DNA from: an uncultured virus (IMG/VR IMGVR_UViG_3300000478_000004)
Taxonomy: Duplodnaviria > Heunggongvirae > Uroviricota > Caudoviricetes
Virus record (IMG/VR): IMGVR_UViG_3300000478_000004
Reading direction: 5' to 3' (one strand)
Length of the DNA: 64,000 nt
Position numbers and translations under genes: made by a program. The stretch's first letter is position 1; each line of letters starts with the position of its first letter. Below are positions 1 to 9,983 of the stretch, piece by piece. The notes beneath the pieces are model-generated. The model saw nothing but the letters and a program-made list of their open reading frames with translations. It made no database searches and was not told the origin of the DNA.

Positions 1-57
1 TGAAGACGCTAAATCACGTTACCTCTTATCGAGTTATTATTTCCTTGTGAGGTAAGG

Positions 58-1608
58 ATGATTCTCTTCGAAAATTTCAAGACGTTTCTTCAGCTTGTGG
101 TGTCGAATCAACAGACTGTCAATCAGAACTCTGTTCTTTCAAATGCCACGTATGCACAAGCTGTTGCAGACCACATAAGCGCTCTAACTCCAGACCATAA
201 CATACGTCTGGACACTACCAGGGTATCTTCCTCTTCTGGGTTGTTAGTCTCTGACGCAAACAGAAGGGAAATAAGATTCGAGCCCAAAGGCGCGGGGAAG
301 GTGGTACAAGGCTTTCTCGAAGCCAACATTTCTGACGTAAGGAAAATTTGGCAGCGTAGTGATGACTCTCTGGGGACCATCACTACCGTTCCTTATGGGA
401 CTCTTCCTGACGGTCGTAGGTATTACGTTACAGATGCCAGCGCTGGAGTGTTCTACCTAAACGAATACGGGCAGATTATGGGAGCCGTCCCTGGTTTTGG
501 TAATACGGTAACTGGATATGGAAACCCGGTATCCGCTATTGTTTTTACTGAAACCGCCACAGAGTACGTGGCCATCATAAGCCAGCAGCATACATTGCAC
601 ATATACGACACTGCCACCCTTACCCAGGTGGCCTCTTTTGGTGTGTCGGGCGTGGCTGGCTTGCCTGACGTAGGTAACCTAGACACTCCACTCGACCTTG
701 CTTTCGACGAAGGAACTTCCACTCTCTACATCTCGTGTGGGGGAGTGTCTGTTCCCGCAGGTGCTGCCTCTCCTGGGTTTATTGCCTCCTTTGACCTTTC
801 CGCACTTCCTGCTGTGACCTTTGGTCAGTACGTAGCTCTAAATAACGGACAATCCCTTCATCAGGGTCAGGTAGTTACCCCTAATGGTTTGTACTACGAC
901 CCCACTATTTCTTCTCTCTGGGTTTTGTCTGAGGACTCCTCTAACACAGCTCGTCCGTTTGAGGTTGGTGCCCTTTCTGTCACCGGCCCTGCTAGTAATG
1001 GTTATTTGCGTGGGTACATAGAGTTTAGGGGTGCAGGTTTTTCTGTGTCCGCTGCGAGCAAGGTACACGTTGACGTGGATAGGAGACGTCTGTACCTGAC
1101 CAACTCTCCTGGTGTTGAGGTGTTCGACCTTGTCACTCTCAAGCACCTGTACACCTTTGGCTACTATGGTGTTGACGAAAATAGTGCCAACAGGAATGCA
1201 CCGTTCTCCTTTCCCTCAACAGGTGCCGTGCAGGCTGTAGGGTCTGATATACTCACTGTTGATGGCGTGTTGCTTAACTTCGCACTTTTCCACGATGTAA
1301 CCAACAACCGGATAGTTAGGTTTAGCGAGAATTCCTACGAGGGAGAAAACCTAGTTCTTTTTAACTCCATGACCTTTACCGTGCCCGTATCTCTACACGG
1401 ATACCTAGTTAAGGGCACGGTATCCTCATCGAAGGTCCAGGTAGAATATAGGACTTCTGCTACCGGGTCCTGGCAAATACTCAATCAGACGGACAGCGTC
1501 CCTGCTTCTTCCTTCTTTCAATTCAGACTAAAGGTAAATGCTGACGTTCGTGATATCCTTCAGGAAACTTCCATCAAGGAAGTAATAGTGATAGGTGAGC
1601 AGGAATGA
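58..1608 (+). CDS. Putative virion structural protein with a beta-propeller-like central region
   Basis: 516-aa ORF with GAGG/AAGG SD. Repeated propeller-like segments (YYVTDASAGVF, PLDLAFDEGTSTLYIS, PNGLYYDP, VHVDVDRRRLYLTN) and a C-terminal YRTS...W...FFQFRL beta-sandwich-like end. Confidence 0.5.
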   Translation: MILFENFKTFLQLVVSNQQTVNQNSVLSNATYAQAVADHISALTPDHNIRLDTTRVSSSSGLLVSDANRREIRFEPKGAGKVVQGFLEANISDVRKIWQRSDDSLGTITTVPYGTLPDGRRYYVTDASAGVFYLNEYGQIMGAVPGFGNTVTGYGNPVSAIVFTETATEYVAIISQQHTLHIYDTATLTQVASFGVSGVAGLPDVGNLDTPLDLAFDEGTSTLYISCGGVSVPAGAASPGFIASFDLSALPAVTFGQYVALNNGQSLHQGQVVTPNGLYYDPTISSLWVLSEDSSNTARPFEVGALSVTGPASNGYLRGYIEFRGAGFSVSAASKVHVDVDRRRLYLTNSPGVEVFDLVTLKHLYTFGYYGVDENSANRNAPFSFPSTGAVQAVGSDILTVDGVLLNFALFHDVTNNRIVRFSENSYEGENLVLFNSMTFTVPVSLHGYLVKGTVSSSKVQVEYRTSATGSWQILNQTDSVPASSFFQFRLKVNADVRDILQETSIKEVIVIGEQE

Positions 1609-1868
1609 CCACAGGTCCAAGAGGGAGTTTGTTAACGGCAAATGTTCAGTCTGAAACAGTGACTCAGACTATTTTTGTCGTGTACTCTACCTTTGATACC
1701 CTATCTGACCCGTGCGCCTATTTACTTAGTCAGTTGTCTTCTTATGTACTTGAAGAAGTAGGGGCTCCCTCCTCTGCTTTTCTCACCTGCTCTTTACTGA
1801 CTAGTAGCATCCTATCGGACGCCAGAAGAGAGTATAGGTGGAATGTAACCGCTACGTGGACGGTGTGA
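1605..1868 (+). CDS. Hypothetical protein
   Basis: 87-aa ORF with an ATGA overlap on the upstream stop. Confidence 0.6.
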   Translation: MTTGPRGSLLTANVQSETVTQTIFVVYSTFDTLSDPCAYLLSQLSSYVLEEVGAPSSAFLTCSLLTSSILSDARREYRWNVTATWTV

Positions 1869-1869
1869 A

Positions 1870-2298
1870 ATGGAAGACCTGGCTACAACATTCAACGAAT
1901 ACATATTGCCTCACTGGCCCTTTGTCATGGTAATGTTCATATTTGCTGTGATAGGACAGTTTACCAGTAAGAGTGTCTTCACGCGAGAAAGGGCATACCG
2001 CAAGTCCACAGGACCTTGGTACAAGTTCTGGGAGAGGCAGACCTTTTGGTGGTGGGGAAGAGAGACTCTTCCTGTACACCCAATAATGACTGGCGGTTTA
2101 CTCGGTCTTATTTGGCAGAATCCAGAGGGCTCGGAGCCAGCTTGGTCCCTCATATCCAGTGTTGTGTATTTTGCGGGTTCTGGTGTTTCCTCCTTGTTTG
2201 TGTGGGCCTTTCTTAAGGGGTACCTAAAGCAAAAGGGTATAGACCTTGAATTACCAGGAGTGGACAGCCTCACACCTCCTCCGGGTTCTGATGAGTGA
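1870..2298 (+). CDS. Membrane protein, possibly holin-like
   Basis: 142 aa with 2-3 hydrophobic segments (WPFVMVMFIFAVIG, MTGGLLGLIW, LISSVVYFAGSGVSSLFVWAFL) and a charged C-terminus. Confidence 0.4.
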   Translation: MEDLATTFNEYILPHWPFVMVMFIFAVIGQFTSKSVFTRERAYRKSTGPWYKFWERQTFWWWGRETLPVHPIMTGGLLGLIWQNPEGSEPAWSLISSVVYFAGSGVSSLFVWAFLKGYLKQKGIDLELPGVDSLTPPPGSDE

Positions 2299-2668
2299 CC
2301 TGTCAAAGAAGCTGTCCAAGATTGCTGCCCTATCTTTGGAGAGAGGGCAGCCCTCCTTATTTAAAAGACTTTCCTCTCTATCCATTCTAGTGGCACGCTC
2401 TGATAGGACAGACACGGACAAGATGCTGTCGGACTCCCTATCCCAAGAAAGAGGGGACGAACCCCCTATAGAGGTAGTGGACGCAGATGGGGATGGTGAA
2501 CTGGAAGTCGATGACGACGACGATGATGATGATGATGACGAGGATGCTGAGGACTCCGATAAAGAAGCCTATTTTCCTATGTCTGCTCTTCCCCAGAAAG
2601 AGAGAAGAAAAGGGCCGCATCCGAAAGACGTGAAACCCGCACGACCTGATTGGTGGAATCCACGATGA
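2291..2668 (+). CDS. Acidic low-complexity protein with an N-terminal helical-hairpin motif
   Basis: ATG at 2291 overlaps the upstream gene end. Contains a poly-Asp tract and the N-terminal LSKIAALSLERG motif (see findings). Confidence 0.6.
   Translation: MSDLSKKLSKIAALSLERGQPSLFKRLSSLSILVARSDRTDTDKMLSDSLSQERGDEPPIEVVDADGDGELEVDDDDDDDDDDEDAEDSDKEAYFPMSALPQKERRKGPHPKDVKPARPDWWNPR
2510..2539 (+). repeat. (GAY)10 trinucleotide tract encoding poly-Asp
   Basis: gatgacgacgacgatgatgatgatgatgac read directly from the sequence. Confidence 0.85.
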
Positions 2669-3039
2669 CTCGCCTAGCTGTTATTTTTGTTTTGATTTTT
2701 TCTTCCTTGACATTTGCTCAGCCTCCCCGTCTTTCTGTTCCTCTTTTAGAGGGTCGTCCTGCTCCATTTTCTGGACTTCTGATCACTGAAGAACATGCTC
2801 TTCAGTGTATCACCGACTCCGCTTCTGTTGACAGGCTTACCTTGGAACTTGCTGCTCGTACCCGAGAGCTTGAGGTCAGTTCGTCGCTGAGAGAGCAATT
2901 TATCGAGGACCAGGCAAAGAGGATTCAAGAGCTTTCTTCTGAGAGTTGGTGGGACAGAAATGGTAATTTTTTCATGCTGGGTGTTGGCTTACTACTTGGC
3001 ATCGTAGCTAGTTCATTAGTTGTGGGTCTGTCTCGATAG
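2665..3039 (+). CDS. Exported coiled-coil protein with a C-terminal membrane anchor (possibly spanin-like)
   Basis: ATGA overlap at 2665. Signal-peptide-like MTRLAVIFVLIFSSLTFA, a central coiled coil, and C-terminal TM FFMLGVGLLLGIVASSLVVGL. Confidence 0.45.
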   Translation: MTRLAVIFVLIFSSLTFAQPPRLSVPLLEGRPAPFSGLLITEEHALQCITDSASVDRLTLELAARTRELEVSSSLREQFIEDQAKRIQELSSESWWDRNGNFFMLGVGLLLGIVASSLVVGLSR

Positions 3040-3071
3040 TATCCATTCTTTGTTTAGTTATCTGTACGAAC

Positions 3072-3281
3072 ATGGCCACATTTAGATACATAGGTTGTCA
3101 TAAACCAAACCCAAAAACAGGAAGATTCTCCGTAGTCATTCCTACCAATAATGGAAGAGTAACTGTCGCTTTTGACGCCAATAGCGATTTTGTCATTCCT
3201 GATGACGAGGTGGCCGTGTCTTCCTTAGAGTACCACATAGATTCCTGGACTAGGGAATATGATTTCATGAGGGTAGATTGA
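3072..3281 (+). CDS. Hypothetical protein
   Basis: 69-aa ORF in the co-oriented gene array. Confidence 0.6.
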   Translation: MATFRYIGCHKPNPKTGRFSVVIPTNNGRVTVAFDANSDFVIPDDEVAVSSLEYHIDSWTREYDFMRVD

Positions 3282-3574
3282 TGTTCTTCCAATACATGGG
3301 AAATTGTGTTTCGATGAAACTTCCTGCAAATGCAGCAGGATCCCCCTCCCCCATATCTTCTGGGCAACCTGATATACAATGCTTTTTGGTGTGGCCTTCT
3401 ATAGCGAACGGAGACGTGGTAGAAATAGACGAAGAGGCATACCCATTTTGCGTAGAATACATGAATACTCAGCATATTTTGAGCGGGGACCCTCTATGGG
3501 TAGAGGTTTCCGGCCCTGCTACCGTACTACCACCACAGGTGCACCGCCCAAGTCTAACTCGTGCTCGAATTTGA
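3281..3574 (+). CDS. Hypothetical protein
   Basis: TGATG overlap with the previous gene; 97 aa. Confidence 0.55.
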   Translation: MFFQYMGNCVSMKLPANAAGSPSPISSGQPDIQCFLVWPSIANGDVVEIDEEAYPFCVEYMNTQHILSGDPLWVEVSGPATVLPPQVHRPSLTRARI

Positions 3575-3596
3575 TAGAAAATAATAGGTAACAAAA

Positions 3597-6500
3597 ATGG
3601 CAGATCTGAAGTTCCTAGGTACTAACTTTCCTTCTATAGCACGTCAGCGCCAGGCGGACCCTGCCTCTGACCGCCTACTAATTGACACCATTGGGCCTAC
3701 TGGTGGTGTTGGTGGAACCTTGGTGATAGACCCGGTTGCTGCGGTCACAGGTGTTAACCTCGTTTTAGACGTGCAGGATGGTTCGGCCGCCTCATTGTTC
3801 ACTATTAATGGAGACGGTGACGTAGTCATAGCAGGTGACCTCACCGTAACAGGAGCCGCTGTTGTTTCTGGTGGTCCTTCTTCCGTGGCAGGTTCTATAA
3901 CTTTTGGTGACGACACATCTGACACCGTCACCTTGGCCAGGGGATGGATTGACGGAACTGACCTAAGCTACGCCAGCTCTTTGCTTATAGACCCTGTAGG
4001 GTCTCCTACCTTCGGTGCTGATGGTACTGCCCACATTGTTATAGGTTCTGGCGTAGACCCCACTGTGAATGGAACTGATGGGTCCTACAACCCTCCTTCT
4101 GGGTCTCTTCTTCTTCAGACTAATGGTACTGGATGGATTAAGACTGGTGCTGGCGCCACATCTTGGACTCAGCTGGCCACCGGATCTGGAAACAATCTTC
4201 AGCAGGCATACGACACTGCACCTAACCCAGACATCACACAAGATGCGTCTGGTGGCATGCAGATAGACAGAGGTACGTCTACAGAGGCTTACGCTCTTCG
4301 TGTACAAAATACCTCTGGGTCTCTTACTGCAGACCGAGGAATTCTAGAAGTAAGTCATGTAGTTGCAGATGATGGACATGCCTTTGCTGTTTTCTCGGGC
4401 GGATCCAATAACCAGGCGGCTGTACGCATGGATTATGATTCCGGCTCAGACATCCTTCTCATGGATGCTTTTGGTTTTGTGGGAACCACTGATACTGCTT
4501 CTTCCGCCCACTCTGGTTTCAGTTGGACCTTTGACCAAAGTACAGATGATGGTGGTTCAGGTACCACTTTGCAGATAGAGTCAGGCCAAGGCGGCGGTGG
4601 TGTAGTAAACCCAGGCGGCGGAGGAGGTAACCTTCAACTTACTGCCGGTGGCGGTGGTTCTCACATCGGAGGTATAGGCGGTGGAGGCGGAGACGTAAAC
4701 CTTTCTGGTGGAGCCGGAGGAAGTGGTGCTTCTGGTCCTGGCGGCGCAGGTGGTGACGTAAACGTTCTAGGAGGAGGCGCAGGAGGCGGCGGATCTCTGG
4801 GTAACGGTGGTAATGTACTCATCAGAGGTGGGTCGCAGGGAACCGGAACTGGAGTCGGAGGTAACGTAAGTATCCAGGCAGGAGGTGCTGGAATAGGCAC
4901 CAACGGTGTCATCAACATAGGTACGGATACCGTAAGAACACCTCAACAGATAAATTCCGGAAACACAACTGGATTTCCTACATGGGACCACAGAGGACAA
5001 CTTTCTGTTCTTGGGGACGCAGGAGTAAACCTATTCATCGTAGGAGAAAATGCTGGTGGTAATAGATTTGCCATAAGCACGTCTGGTGGACCCTCTGCTC
5101 CTGTGATGATCATCACTCCTGGTGTTGTTGGCACGAACCCAAACCAATACGCTTACATATCGGAGTTTGGTGACGCCTCCGTAGCTCTTCAGACCGTCCG
5201 AACCTTCCTGTCGGAGGTTTCTCCCGAGTCTGTCATTACAGCGCCTCCTGGGTCTATTGCTCATGTACGTTATCCTTCAGCTGACGCCAATGACGGTCTC
5301 TGGGTGAAGCAGACAGGCGTAGGTAACACAGGATGGGAACAGGTTGTTACTGGTGCTGCGTCTTCTACTCTGCAAGACGCGTACGAAGCAGGTAATACTA
5401 TATCGGTGGTGGCTGCTGATGGCTCTGTAGACCTGTCTAACTCCACTGACACCACTGACGTACTTTCTGTGTCCAGAACCTTTGTTGGTGCTGGGGAAGG
5501 AATTTCAGTAGCTATGGGTCCGGGTAACGAGGCTGTTACTGGGCGTGGTGTAGAAATTACTTCTGGTACAGGTGCTACTGGCGCCATGTTGTTTGTCAAC
5601 AACCTTGGTACCGGTGATGCATTCGTTGTTCAGGACAACTCTTCTAACGTGATCGCAGTTAGTGCTACGGGTGCCGTGGACATATCTCCAACTCCTACCA
5701 CTGACTTCAGTGTAACCACAGTTGGTGCAGGTGCTGACATAAATTTGTCTACCTCTTCAGACTACCTGTTTATGGGTACCCAAGGTGAGCTAAACCTTAC
5801 TAACTCTGTAAATGTGGGTCCTGTTGCCACTCTGACCCGTACTTTTGCTGGTGGCGGAGATGCTTTGGTGGTTGCCATGGGCCCTGGTGCCGAGGCAGTG
5901 ACAGGCAATGGCGTAGAGATCACGTCAGGCACTGGCGCTACTGGAAACAGCTTGTTCATAGATAATCAGGGTTCAGGTAACGCTGTTGAAATCCAGGATG
6001 GGTCTGTTGCTGTGTTCGTGGTTAGCGGTGCTGGTGCAGTAGACATAGACCCAACTTCTGGTCAGAACTTTACGGTAGACACAGCTGGTGCAGGTTCAAT
6101 TTCTTTGGATTCTGCTGCTGCGTCTAACTTTACTGTATCTGGAGCTACTGCTGACCTTACCTTGGGTGCTCGTGGTGCCACCATCACTCTTAATGAGACG
6201 GGTGAAACTACACTTGACGCCACGTTCACTGCTACATCCATTGTGGGTGCTCTAAATGAGCTGAAGGCGGACAACAGTGCTGTGGTGGCTACCTTTGTGT
6301 CCGACGCAGCTATTACTGCAGGAGACGTAGTTACAACCTCTGCAACTACTGATGGACGCGTGGTTCCTGCCGATGCGAACAGTGGTGATCAGGCTATTGT
6401 CGGCCTGTCTCTTGACGCTGCTGGTGGTGCGGGTGCATCTGTCAGAGTGGTGATGGCAGGACTCATGACTGGTCTTGCTGGTCTTACTCGCGGGTCCACT

Positions 6501-6635
6501 TACTACCTCTCGGCAACTGCTGGAGGCATTACTACTACTGCTCCTTCCACCTCTGGTGATTTGGTGATCAGGATTGGATGGGCTACTTCTGCCACTGCCC
6601 TTGCAGTTCATATTGGTGAAGGCACCCTTGTTTGA
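3597..6635 (+). CDS. Gly-rich fibre or decoration protein with a C-terminal capsid-cement (DUF2190-like) domain
   Basis: 1012 aa, G/T/S/A-rich. GGxVxIxGG repeats, LQxAY motifs and an internal duplication. The C-terminal AITAGDVV...IVGL...VRVVMAG...GLTRGSTYYLS...IGWATSATAL resembles cement/fibre-anchor domains. Confidence 0.6.
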   Translation: MADLKFLGTNFPSIARQRQADPASDRLLIDTIGPTGGVGGTLVIDPVAAVTGVNLVLDVQDGSAASLFTINGDGDVVIAGDLTVTGAAVVSGGPSSVAGSITFGDDTSDTVTLARGWIDGTDLSYASSLLIDPVGSPTFGADGTAHIVIGSGVDPTVNGTDGSYNPPSGSLLLQTNGTGWIKTGAGATSWTQLATGSGNNLQQAYDTAPNPDITQDASGGMQIDRGTSTEAYALRVQNTSGSLTADRGILEVSHVVADDGHAFAVFSGGSNNQAAVRMDYDSGSDILLMDAFGFVGTTDTASSAHSGFSWTFDQSTDDGGSGTTLQIESGQGGGGVVNPGGGGGNLQLTAGGGGSHIGGIGGGGGDVNLSGGAGGSGASGPGGAGGDVNVLGGGAGGGGSLGNGGNVLIRGGSQGTGTGVGGNVSIQAGGAGIGTNGVINIGTDTVRTPQQINSGNTTGFPTWDHRGQLSVLGDAGVNLFIVGENAGGNRFAISTSGGPSAPVMIITPGVVGTNPNQYAYISEFGDASVALQTVRTFLSEVSPESVITAPPGSIAHVRYPSADANDGLWVKQTGVGNTGWEQVVTGAASSTLQDAYEAGNTISVVAADGSVDLSNSTDTTDVLSVSRTFVGAGEGISVAMGPGNEAVTGRGVEITSGTGATGAMLFVNNLGTGDAFVVQDNSSNVIAVSATGAVDISPTPTTDFSVTTVGAGADINLSTSSDYLFMGTQGELNLTNSVNVGPVATLTRTFAGGGDALVVAMGPGAEAVTGNGVEITSGTGATGNSLFIDNQGSGNAVEIQDGSVAVFVVSGAGAVDIDPTSGQNFTVDTAGAGSISLDSAAASNFTVSGATADLTLGARGATITLNETGETTLDATFTATSIVGALNELKADNSAVVATFVSDAAITAGDVVTTSATTDGRVVPADANSGDQAIVGLSLDAAGGAGASVRVVMAGLMTGLAGLTRGSTYYLSATAGGITTTAPSTSGDLVIRIGWATSATALAVHIGEGTLV

Positions 6636-6647
6636 TAGCATAGTAGC

Positions 6648-6688
6648 GAACGAAAAGTACAAGCTCCTATGGTTTGTACTTTTCGTTC
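6648..6688 (+). terminator. 17-bp stem-loop between the two fibre genes (terminator or RNA-processing hairpin)
   Basis: GAACGAAAAGTACAAGC-tcctatg-GTTTGTACTTTTCGTTC, fully paired with one G-U. Confidence 0.6.
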
Positions 6689-6712
6689 CCGTGCCTATGT
6701 AAAAGGCATACA

Positions 6713-9580
6713 ATGGCTACTCTTAGAATCATAGGCCTAGAACCATCTTCTCCTGGTCCTCAACGGTTGGCAGGAACCACTGATGTGGTAGAAGTTGCGG
6801 GACAGGGGCGTATTCTAAATTCTGGGTATTTGTCTTTTGTTGAACGCGCAACAGACCCAGGAGCCGTAGCCAACGATGGACACCTATACGTCAAAGAAGT
6901 AGCTGGCGCCACCCAATTGTTCTACAGATCTGACTCTGGTACCGTGTACCAGGTAACTGGTGTTGCTGCTGCCACCGTTACACTACAGAGTGCCTATGAC
7001 GGTGGTAACACGATAAGCACCAACGCCCTTGGTAATTCTGTCTCCCTGTCACACACAAGCGGCGTCGGGTCCACACCGCTTCTTAACGTCTCTAAAACAC
7101 CTATCGTAGGAGGAAATGGAGACGCCTTATCTGTAACAAGAGGGGCCACTGGAACCGGAAATGCTATCACTATTTCTGTTCAAAACAATGGAAGAGGTAT
7201 ATCATTAACATCGCAGTCCACGGGTACTGCTCTTTTTGTAAACCAAACAGTTGCAGGTCCCATTGTAGATTTTCAGGACAGTGGTGTATCTACTTTTCTC
7301 ATCAATGCAGCCGGAGCTGTAACCGCTACCCCTACCACCGGCCAAAGTTTTTCTGCCACTGCTGTTAATGCAGGCCAGATATTGCTTACGGGAGGTAGCA
7401 CTGGTGGCACCACAATCACGAACGCAACAAACGCAGCTTCTACTGGGTCTGTTCTTTCCCTTACTGCGGGAGCCACAACTGCTGCTGCACAGAATGGGGG
7501 CACTGCTAATTTCCGTGGCGGCAACGCGACCACCGGAACAGGCGGACAAGCATCTATCCGTGGAGGAAGTGCCACTACTGGTGTTGGAGGCTCTTCTACT
7601 ATTTTAGGAGGCGACGCTACAGCCGGTGGCGGAATCGGCGGCACGATAGACATAAATCCTGGACTCAACACAACTGCCACCACCAACGTTTCTCTTGCTG
7701 GCAACGTCAATATAGGCATATCTGCTAATGCTATTACGATAGGTAACTCCAGTTGGTCTGCAGGGGGCGTTCCTGGCGATCTTTCTTTGATTGGGGGGAC
7801 TACCTCTCAGGCAGCCACCGCTGGTGGTGCTGTAGTTGTAACTGGCGGCGCAGGTACGACTGTTGGTGGTGGGATATCGCTAACCACCGGAGCAGGCGCA
7901 ACTGGAGGTCTTCTTGCCCTAACTGGAGGTACAGGTACTTCTACGGGTGGGTCTATTAATGTTTTTGGTGGGTCAGGAACTTCTGGTGGTGGAACTACGG
8001 TTAGAGGTGGAGCGGGTTCTACTGGAGGAGGTGGACTAGTCTCTATAGAGGGAGGAGCATCCACCTCTGGAACTCCAGGTAATGTTCAGGTTATTGGCGG
8101 ACTCTCAGGTGCTGGAAACGACCCATCACAAGCAGGTGACATAGAAATAGGTATAGTGGATACAGATGGGATTTATATAGGTGGAAACACCTTTGCAGTA
8201 GGAGGCACCCCTACTGCAATAACTATACAGGGTCATAACACTGACAGCGGAGCGTCAGGGGGCGACGTAATCATAGCCGCAGGGTACACAGATGGCTCTA
8301 ATGGCGGTAACATAAGCATAACTTCTGGTGCCGACATAGGCGGAGGTGACGCAGGCTCTATCAACATCCAGTCTGGGGCATCTGCAGGTGGAAGCGGAGG
8401 AGACATCTCTATTCGGTCTGCATCTGGCACTCCTGGAGACAGGAGCACGACCGGAAGCATAACCGTAGGCCTTACCCAAACTAGTTCTATCATTATAGGT
8501 GGAACCAACTTCAGTGCGGGAGGAGACCCACAGGCAGTTGAGATAAGGGGCCACAGCTCTAGTCAGTCAAACGTCACTGCGGGTGCCGTGACCCTCACTG
8601 GCGGTTCTTCTACTGGCGTGGCTCCCTACACACTTGGTGATGGTGGTGGTCCCATAAACATAACCGGTGGTTCCTCTACAAACTATGACGGTGGGTCTGT
8701 TCTTATAAACGGAGGGGCTTCCTCTTCAACTACTAGAAGCGGAGGTGACATAAGACTTCTTGCTGGTAATACAGGGGGAGCTTCCTCTGGCTCCGGTGGT
8801 TCCGTGGTAATTCTTGCCGGGTCACGTGGTGGGTCCGACGCTTCCTTTACTGGCAAGGGATCTATCACCATAGGAAACCAAAGAACGAACTCTATAGTCA
8901 TAGGCGGAGGTTCTGCTACTGCCTCTCCGGTTCCCGCTTCGGTTCAGATATTAGGGCACTCCACTGCTACTGGGGCTACTCCTGTTAAGGCAGGTGACAT
9001 TGAGATAGAGGCAGGAAGTGCCACGGGTGACGCTTCTAATGGTGGTGATGTTTATATTGACGGCGGCGCCTCGGTTGACCAGGACCCTGGTGTTGTGTAC
9101 CTGCAGTCAAATGGGAATGGTACTTCGGTGATTGTAGGAGACGGAGTACAGTCATCTGGCCTTGAGATTCGTAACGGAAATCTTATATTCTCTTCTGTTG
9201 CCGCAACTGGTATCGGAAATCCGGCTCCTACTACCTTCATAGGAGCAAACTCCTTTATTCCCAAGAGACTTCCTAAGGCTTGGGGTAAATTCTTTGGTCA
9301 AGCTTCTGTAGACGACGGTGTGGGACTTACTTCAGTGGCAGCTTCTGGTAATGGCGCCATAATAACATTTCAGCATTCAGCTGGTGGATCATTTCAGAAT
9401 GCTTACGCTGGGCTATGTAATGGAACCACCACGACTACTGCTTGTTTCCTTACTGCCAATACCTATACTGTAAATAGCATAATAGTCCAAGCATGGCGCT
9501 GGAGCGGTGCTGCCATTGTAGAAGAAAGCCTCGCATCAAACGACTGGTCCATCATTCGTATGGCGAGACTAACAAGCTGA
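6713..9580 (+). CDS. Gly-rich tail-fibre/adhesin-like protein
   Basis: Probable start is ATG 6713 (MATLRIIG). Many GGx[VI]x[IL]x[AG]G repeats, TLQSAYDGGNTI shared with the upstream protein, and a C-terminal PKAWGKF-type fibre-tip segment. Confidence 0.65.
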   Translation: MATLRIIGLEPSSPGPQRLAGTTDVVEVAGQGRILNSGYLSFVERATDPGAVANDGHLYVKEVAGATQLFYRSDSGTVYQVTGVAAATVTLQSAYDGGNTISTNALGNSVSLSHTSGVGSTPLLNVSKTPIVGGNGDALSVTRGATGTGNAITISVQNNGRGISLTSQSTGTALFVNQTVAGPIVDFQDSGVSTFLINAAGAVTATPTTGQSFSATAVNAGQILLTGGSTGGTTITNATNAASTGSVLSLTAGATTAAAQNGGTANFRGGNATTGTGGQASIRGGSATTGVGGSSTILGGDATAGGGIGGTIDINPGLNTTATTNVSLAGNVNIGISANAITIGNSSWSAGGVPGDLSLIGGTTSQAATAGGAVVVTGGAGTTVGGGISLTTGAGATGGLLALTGGTGTSTGGSINVFGGSGTSGGGTTVRGGAGSTGGGGLVSIEGGASTSGTPGNVQVIGGLSGAGNDPSQAGDIEIGIVDTDGIYIGGNTFAVGGTPTAITIQGHNTDSGASGGDVIIAAGYTDGSNGGNISITSGADIGGGDAGSINIQSGASAGGSGGDISIRSASGTPGDRSTTGSITVGLTQTSSIIIGGTNFSAGGDPQAVEIRGHSSSQSNVTAGAVTLTGGSSTGVAPYTLGDGGGPINITGGSSTNYDGGSVLINGGASSSTTRSGGDIRLLAGNTGGASSGSGGSVVILAGSRGGSDASFTGKGSITIGNQRTNSIVIGGGSATASPVPASVQILGHSTATGATPVKAGDIEIEAGSATGDASNGGDVYIDGGASVDQDPGVVYLQSNGNGTSVIVGDGVQSSGLEIRNGNLIFSSVAATGIGNPAPTTFIGANSFIPKRLPKAWGKFFGQASVDDGVGLTSVAASGNGAIITFQHSAGGSFQNAYAGLCNGTTTTTACFLTANTYTVNSIIVQAWRWSGAAIVEESLASNDWSIIRMARLTS

Positions 9581-9581
9581 T

Positions 9582-9983
9582 ATGCCTAAACAAGTTCTTA
9601 CTACGCTATCTTCTGGGGAACATCTTATGGATCTGACCATAGATATCAGAGGGCTATCTGTTTCTGTGGGACCAGGATTAGTAATTTTCTTTGATAAAAA
9701 ATACGATCTGAAAGATGCAGAGGTTCACACAGTAGGGTCTTACGCAGACACTGCCGTGGTCCTAGGCTACCTAGTGCTTGACACCTCAGCAGGTGAGGTC
9801 CGTTTATTCGTAGACGAGTACCTGATGGATGGGGTAGACGCGCCGTTCTCGTTCACACGAGACAGTAACCTTACTCCATTGGCCACCCTATTCCAATTTC
9901 ACGTTCCCCCAGGAACTACCAGTCTTTTGGACGTAGAAGATTGGCAGCATTGGCGAATTATACCCGAGGTACAAGATGCCTAG
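9582..9983 (+). CDS. Hypothetical protein (fibre-associated by position)
   Basis: 133-aa ORF directly after the fibre gene. Confidence 0.55.
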   Translation: MPKQVLTTLSSGEHLMDLTIDIRGLSVSVGPGLVIFFDKKYDLKDAEVHTVGSYADTAVVLGYLVLDTSAGEVRLFVDEYLMDGVDAPFSFTRDSNLTPLATLFQFHVPPGTTSLLDVEDWQHWRIIPEVQDA

